In this document: piece by piece, positions 57,719-60,701 of the stretch
How positions within the stretch are numbered: the stretch's first letter is position 1
How the letters are laid out: each line of letters begins with the position of its first letter
Assembly (NCBI GenBank): GCA_051866635.1
Contig: JBJDXJ010000015.1
Span: 4,737-65,437 of the forward strand
Direction: 5' to 3'
Source: Clostridia bacterium
GTDB lineage: Bacteria > Bacillota > Clostridia > UMGS1883
Length of the DNA stretch: 60,701 nt
Position numbers and translations under genes: made by a program
The notes under the pieces: model-generated
The model's input: only the letters and a program-made list of their open reading frames with translations
What the model was told of the DNA's origin: nothing
Databases searched by the model: none

Positions 57719-59935
57719 ATGAAAAATGTTGTTAAGAGAATAATGTCAGGATTTTTGATGGCAACGATGGCTGTAAGCCTGTTTTCAGGTTGTGAAACTG
57801 AGGAGAAAGCCTCAGCAGCTGTTGTAGATACTATTTACATAGGCCACCATTATCAGCCTGAAGATGACCCTTATTGGGTAAGTGAAATTACAGGTGAGGG
57901 TGTAATGGACCCTGTTAAGCAAAAGGCGGCAATTGCGGCTCTTGAAACCGTTAAGGAAAAGCTTGGCGTTGACATCAAGTGGAAGCAGTGGACCAGTAGC
58001 GTAACACAGGAATGTTTGCAGACTGTTCTTGCGGGCGACCCTTATTGTCATATCGCAATATTGTCAAACGGTTTCCAGGGACGAGTAATGGTACAGAATG
58101 TACTTCAGCCACTTGACGATTATATGGATATTTTCGAGGAAGAAGACTATCAGTGGCTTACAATGAGCAAGACCTTCGGTCACTATTATCTTTTGAACCG
58201 TGACTTGCTTTACATAACAGACTGGCCCATTGTTTACAATGCAACAATGCTTGAAGCAATCCCTGAATTTAAAGAAGAAGACGGTACAACACTTTATCCA
58301 TGCGAAATGTATGAACGGGGTGAGTGGACCTGGGACAACTTCCGTTGGTATCTTGAAACAATCCAGAAGTATTATGCAGGTAAAAAGGCACCCTCAGGTG
58401 CAGATATTGTGCCTTATGATGCAAGATATTATTATACCGCAATTCAGGCAATTCACTCCAGCGGCGGTTATGTATACGACGGTGAAGGCATGAACTTTGA
58501 CTCCGCAGCAGCTATTGAAGGTGCGGAATATCTTGCCGATTTGATGGAAGACGGTCTTATAAGCTGTTGCGTATCATCTTTCGGTAAAAATGCAGGTGCA
58601 GGTTATCTTCAGTCTGTAGAAAAATTCGCAAGAGGCGAATGTGTATTTACGAACTGTGCACGTTGGAAGATGGGTTCATCTTCTACAACATTGGCAGAAC
58701 GTGGCGAAAGTATGGGTATCATATTCTTCCCCCGTCCCGACAATGTTGAATTTAAGGAATATAACAACGATGTTCACCTTGATGATAATTACAAGTACAA
58801 CATTGCAATATCCTGTGCGGACAGCGTAGGTCTCCTTCGTGGCTTTAGTGAAGAAGAAAGCCGTCTTGCTCTTGAAGCTTATGCAATGTACAGAACAGAA
58901 TTCTATAAGAATTACGGCAGAGTAAACTCTATTGCAGAATACCGTGAAACTATGGCTGAATCCGAAGCGGTAGCTTTTGGTATTGATATTTTCCACGAAG
59001 AAATCGGTGATAAGAACCTTGAAATTTTCAAACTTTTAGGTTCTTTGAAAGAAAATGAATTCTGCGAAGGTATGAATATTCATGAAAAATGGGGTATCAA
59101 TATCTTTGGTAGATCTGTTTACGCTGTAAACGGTGCTACAAAGTATGCAGTTTTCGTAAAGGCTAACGGACGTAATGTAAGCGATGCGTTGAATGATATT
59201 CAAAATGCTTTGAAGGGTTCAGGTGCGGTGGACAGCACTCAGCCCGGTGTTTCTCAGGCAAATAGCGGTATTATAGCCTTTGCACAGGGTACTGACCCAA
59301 GAACTGTTAATTGGGGTGCAATGTTTACTGCAAGCGATAACGTAGACGGAGCCTACGAAATCAAGCAGGAAGAATACGAAGGCAAAGATGCTGAAGGTAA
59401 TACGGTAACAATGTACGGCGATATTTACATAAAGCCCAGCGTTATCCTTACTGAAGAAGGTGCTGAAGGGGAAGAAGCAGAACCCGAATTCCTTCCCAAC
59501 AGAATGAGTGTTGAATACGAATATTCTGAAACAGTAAATGATGCAGGCGAAGTATCTGTTACAGGTATTAACTTTGATAAGGTTGGTAAATACGAAAAGG
59601 GTATAACTGTAAAGGTTACAGACTCCCAGGGCAACACAAAGGAAGCTGTATTCACTGCATATATCTATGATGAACACGGCAAGGTTGCACCTACCCTTAA
59701 GCTTAAGGAAGAACTTGGTTCAGTTGCACTTAATGCAGACACTTCCACAGTTAAGTGGGCAGATTTGTTTGTAGAAGAAGCTCTTGACGAAAATGGAATT
59801 GACATTAAATCATTCGTTTCCGCTGATGTAAGAGAACTTGATGTAACTCAGAAAGGCAAGTACCCCGTAGTAATTTACGTTGAGGATTTTGCAGGCAACA
59901 GAACAGAAATCGAAATTGAAGTAGAAGTAAAATAA
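57719..59935 (+). CDS. Orphan paralog of the 29213 SBP-Ig lipoprotein
   Basis: Lipobox FSGC; shares EDDPYWV, LQTVLAGDPYC, KTFGHYYL.NRDLLY, VFTNCARW, LAERGESMG, ADSVGLLRG and DFAGN with 29213. Confidence 0.85.
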   Translation: MKNVVKRIMSGFLMATMAVSLFSGCETEEKASAAVVDTIYIGHHYQPEDDPYWVSEITGEGVMDPVKQKAAIAALETVKEKLGVDIKWKQWTSSVTQECLQTVLAGDPYCHIAILSNGFQGRVMVQNVLQPLDDYMDIFEEEDYQWLTMSKTFGHYYLLNRDLLYITDWPIVYNATMLEAIPEFKEEDGTTLYPCEMYERGEWTWDNFRWYLETIQKYYAGKKAPSGADIVPYDARYYYTAIQAIHSSGGYVYDGEGMNFDSAAAIEGAEYLADLMEDGLISCCVSSFGKNAGAGYLQSVEKFARGECVFTNCARWKMGSSSTTLAERGESMGIIFFPRPDNVEFKEYNNDVHLDDNYKYNIAISCADSVGLLRGFSEEESRLALEAYAMYRTEFYKNYGRVNSIAEYRETMAESEAVAFGIDIFHEEIGDKNLEIFKLLGSLKENEFCEGMNIHEKWGINIFGRSVYAVNGATKYAVFVKANGRNVSDALNDIQNALKGSGAVDSTQPGVSQANSGIIAFAQGTDPRTVNWGAMFTASDNVDGAYEIKQEEYEGKDAEGNTVTMYGDIYIKPSVILTEEGAEGEEAEPEFLPNRMSVEYEYSETVNDAGEVSVTGINFDKVGKYEKGITVKVTDSQGNTKEAVFTAYIYDEHGKVAPTLKLKEELGSVALNADTSTVKWADLFVEEALDENGIDIKSFVSADVRELDVTQKGKYPVVIYVEDFAGNRTEIEIEVEVK

Positions 59936-59944
59936 TAAAGTGAC

Positions 59945-59985
59945 AACAAGGATGTGAACAAAATAGTTTGTTCACATCCTTGTTT
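59945..59985 (+). terminator. Terminator hairpin
   Basis: 16-bp perfect stem AACAAGGATGTGAACA/TGTTCACATCCTTGTT. Confidence 0.8.
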
Positions 59986-60103
59986 ATACTCTGAAATGAT
60001 ATACAGTACAAAAACCGGGGACGTGGTTTTAGAAAAAGTTATTGAACGGATGAATAAATAATAGAACATCTAACTAAAAAATCGGAATTTGGTGGAGGAT
60101 GCT

Positions 60104-60448
60104 ATGAAGATACTTAAAAGGACTATTTTGGGGATATTATTTGCTTTTGTATTATTTTGGTTTGGTTCCATAGCTGTATGCGAATACAATACTTATAAAT
60201 ACGGAGAAATCTTTAGAAATATCAAAATACACGATATTAGTGGTGAAAGATACTTAAAAGATGAAAAAGTGAAAATTTTAAAATATCACAAAGATAGTGC
60301 AGAAGTATATGCTGTTTGGGAAGGTGGAGTTGGCAGTATATATTATTTCAAACGTGATAATAGTAATAATTGGATGTTTGATTATTGGGATGGCATATGG
60401 TCAAAAACCGGAAATGCTGATGGGTTTGTCTGGCCTTACATAAGATAA
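60104..60448 (+). CDS. AT-rich hypothetical membrane-anchored protein
   Basis: RBS GGAGG; N-terminal TM; Trp-rich C-terminus IWSKTGNADGFVWPY. Confidence 0.7.
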   Translation: MKILKRTILGILFAFVLFWFGSIAVCEYNTYKYGEIFRNIKIHDISGERYLKDEKVKILKYHKDSAEVYAVWEGGVGSIYYFKRDNSNNWMFDYWDGIWSKTGNADGFVWPYIR

Positions 60449-60574
60449 ATTTTATTTGTCAGACTGTTGAAGCCGTCGGAGCGAAGATACGAAGGTCCAG
60501 AAAATTAGTGAATAGGTAATAGTGAATAGTGAAGAAGTAAAAAAGACAAGCACCTTTCGGAACTTGTCTTTTTT

Positions 60575-60588
60575 TGGTGGACCATCAG
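60575..60588 (-). other. Possible isolated tRNA 3'-end fragment (att-like) followed by a terminator
   Basis: Minus strand CTGATGGTCCACCA, then the AAAAAGACAAG/CTTGTCTTTT hairpin; no TTCGA T-loop upstream. Confidence 0.45.
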
Positions 60589-60604
60589 TCCGAGCGTTAA
60601 GAAG

Positions 60605-60646
60605 GGGCTGTAGCAAAAAGATTTTTTAAATCGGGTTGACTACAGC
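60605..60646. repeat. Second, truncated copy of the 47472 palindrome
   Basis: GGGCTGTAGCAAAAAGATTTTTTAAATCGGGTTGACTACAGC; right arm cut short. Confidence 0.75.
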
Positions 60647-60701
60647 GGCTTTGTCAAGAAAAGTGTGTAAGTTTTTTTGAATTAGATATAAGATTTTTGG
60701 T
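60647..60701. mobile_element. Possible IS256-family terminal inverted repeat; element would extend beyond the window
   Basis: GGCTTTGTCAAGAAAAGTGTGTAA resembles IS256-type ends (G..TGTC...TGTGTAA) and starts exactly where the palindrome arm breaks. Confidence 0.45.

Noticed and set aside
60575-60650. Complete tRNA gene
   Set aside because: Only 14 nt resemble a tRNA 3' end; no T-loop, anticodon arm or D arm

Overview
About 60.7 kb of chromosome from a low-GC, spore-forming Clostridia-like Firmicute (taxon inferred from sigK, yunB, a T-box, Firmicute SOS boxes and the asp23-fakA-recG order). Positions 1-4260 are the right end of an AT-rich integrative element. Its large serine recombinase reads across an att site (TCTCA-AA-TGAGA, containing AATGA) into the 3' half of an interrupted sigK, making it a skin-like developmental rearrangement. 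Core genes follow: Trp T-box/trpB2, AEC transporter, aroQ, yunB, ptsH, GH2, uvrC, lexA/yneA with three SOS boxes, a maltodextrin ABC plus malQ, recG-fakA-asp23, yhaO/yhaN, an amino-acid ABC with an ARG box, citrate synthase, yabE-like, rsmA and split metH. The best candidate for an undescribed system is a 14-kb nine-gene operon (29213-43167): an SBP-Ig lipoprotein, a giant CBM-like/SBP fusion, four ABC permeases, an NHL-TPR membrane protein, YIP1 and a DUF5696-like protein, with no ATPase or recognisable hydrolase. An orphan paralog of its SBP-Ig lies at 57719. Also notable are a ~200-nt structured lexA leader with a possible kissing loop, a MITE that duplicated a whole terminator hairpin, and a tRNA-3'-fragment/palindrome/IS256-end mosaic at the right edge. 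All family calls come from motif recognition by eye; no searches were run.
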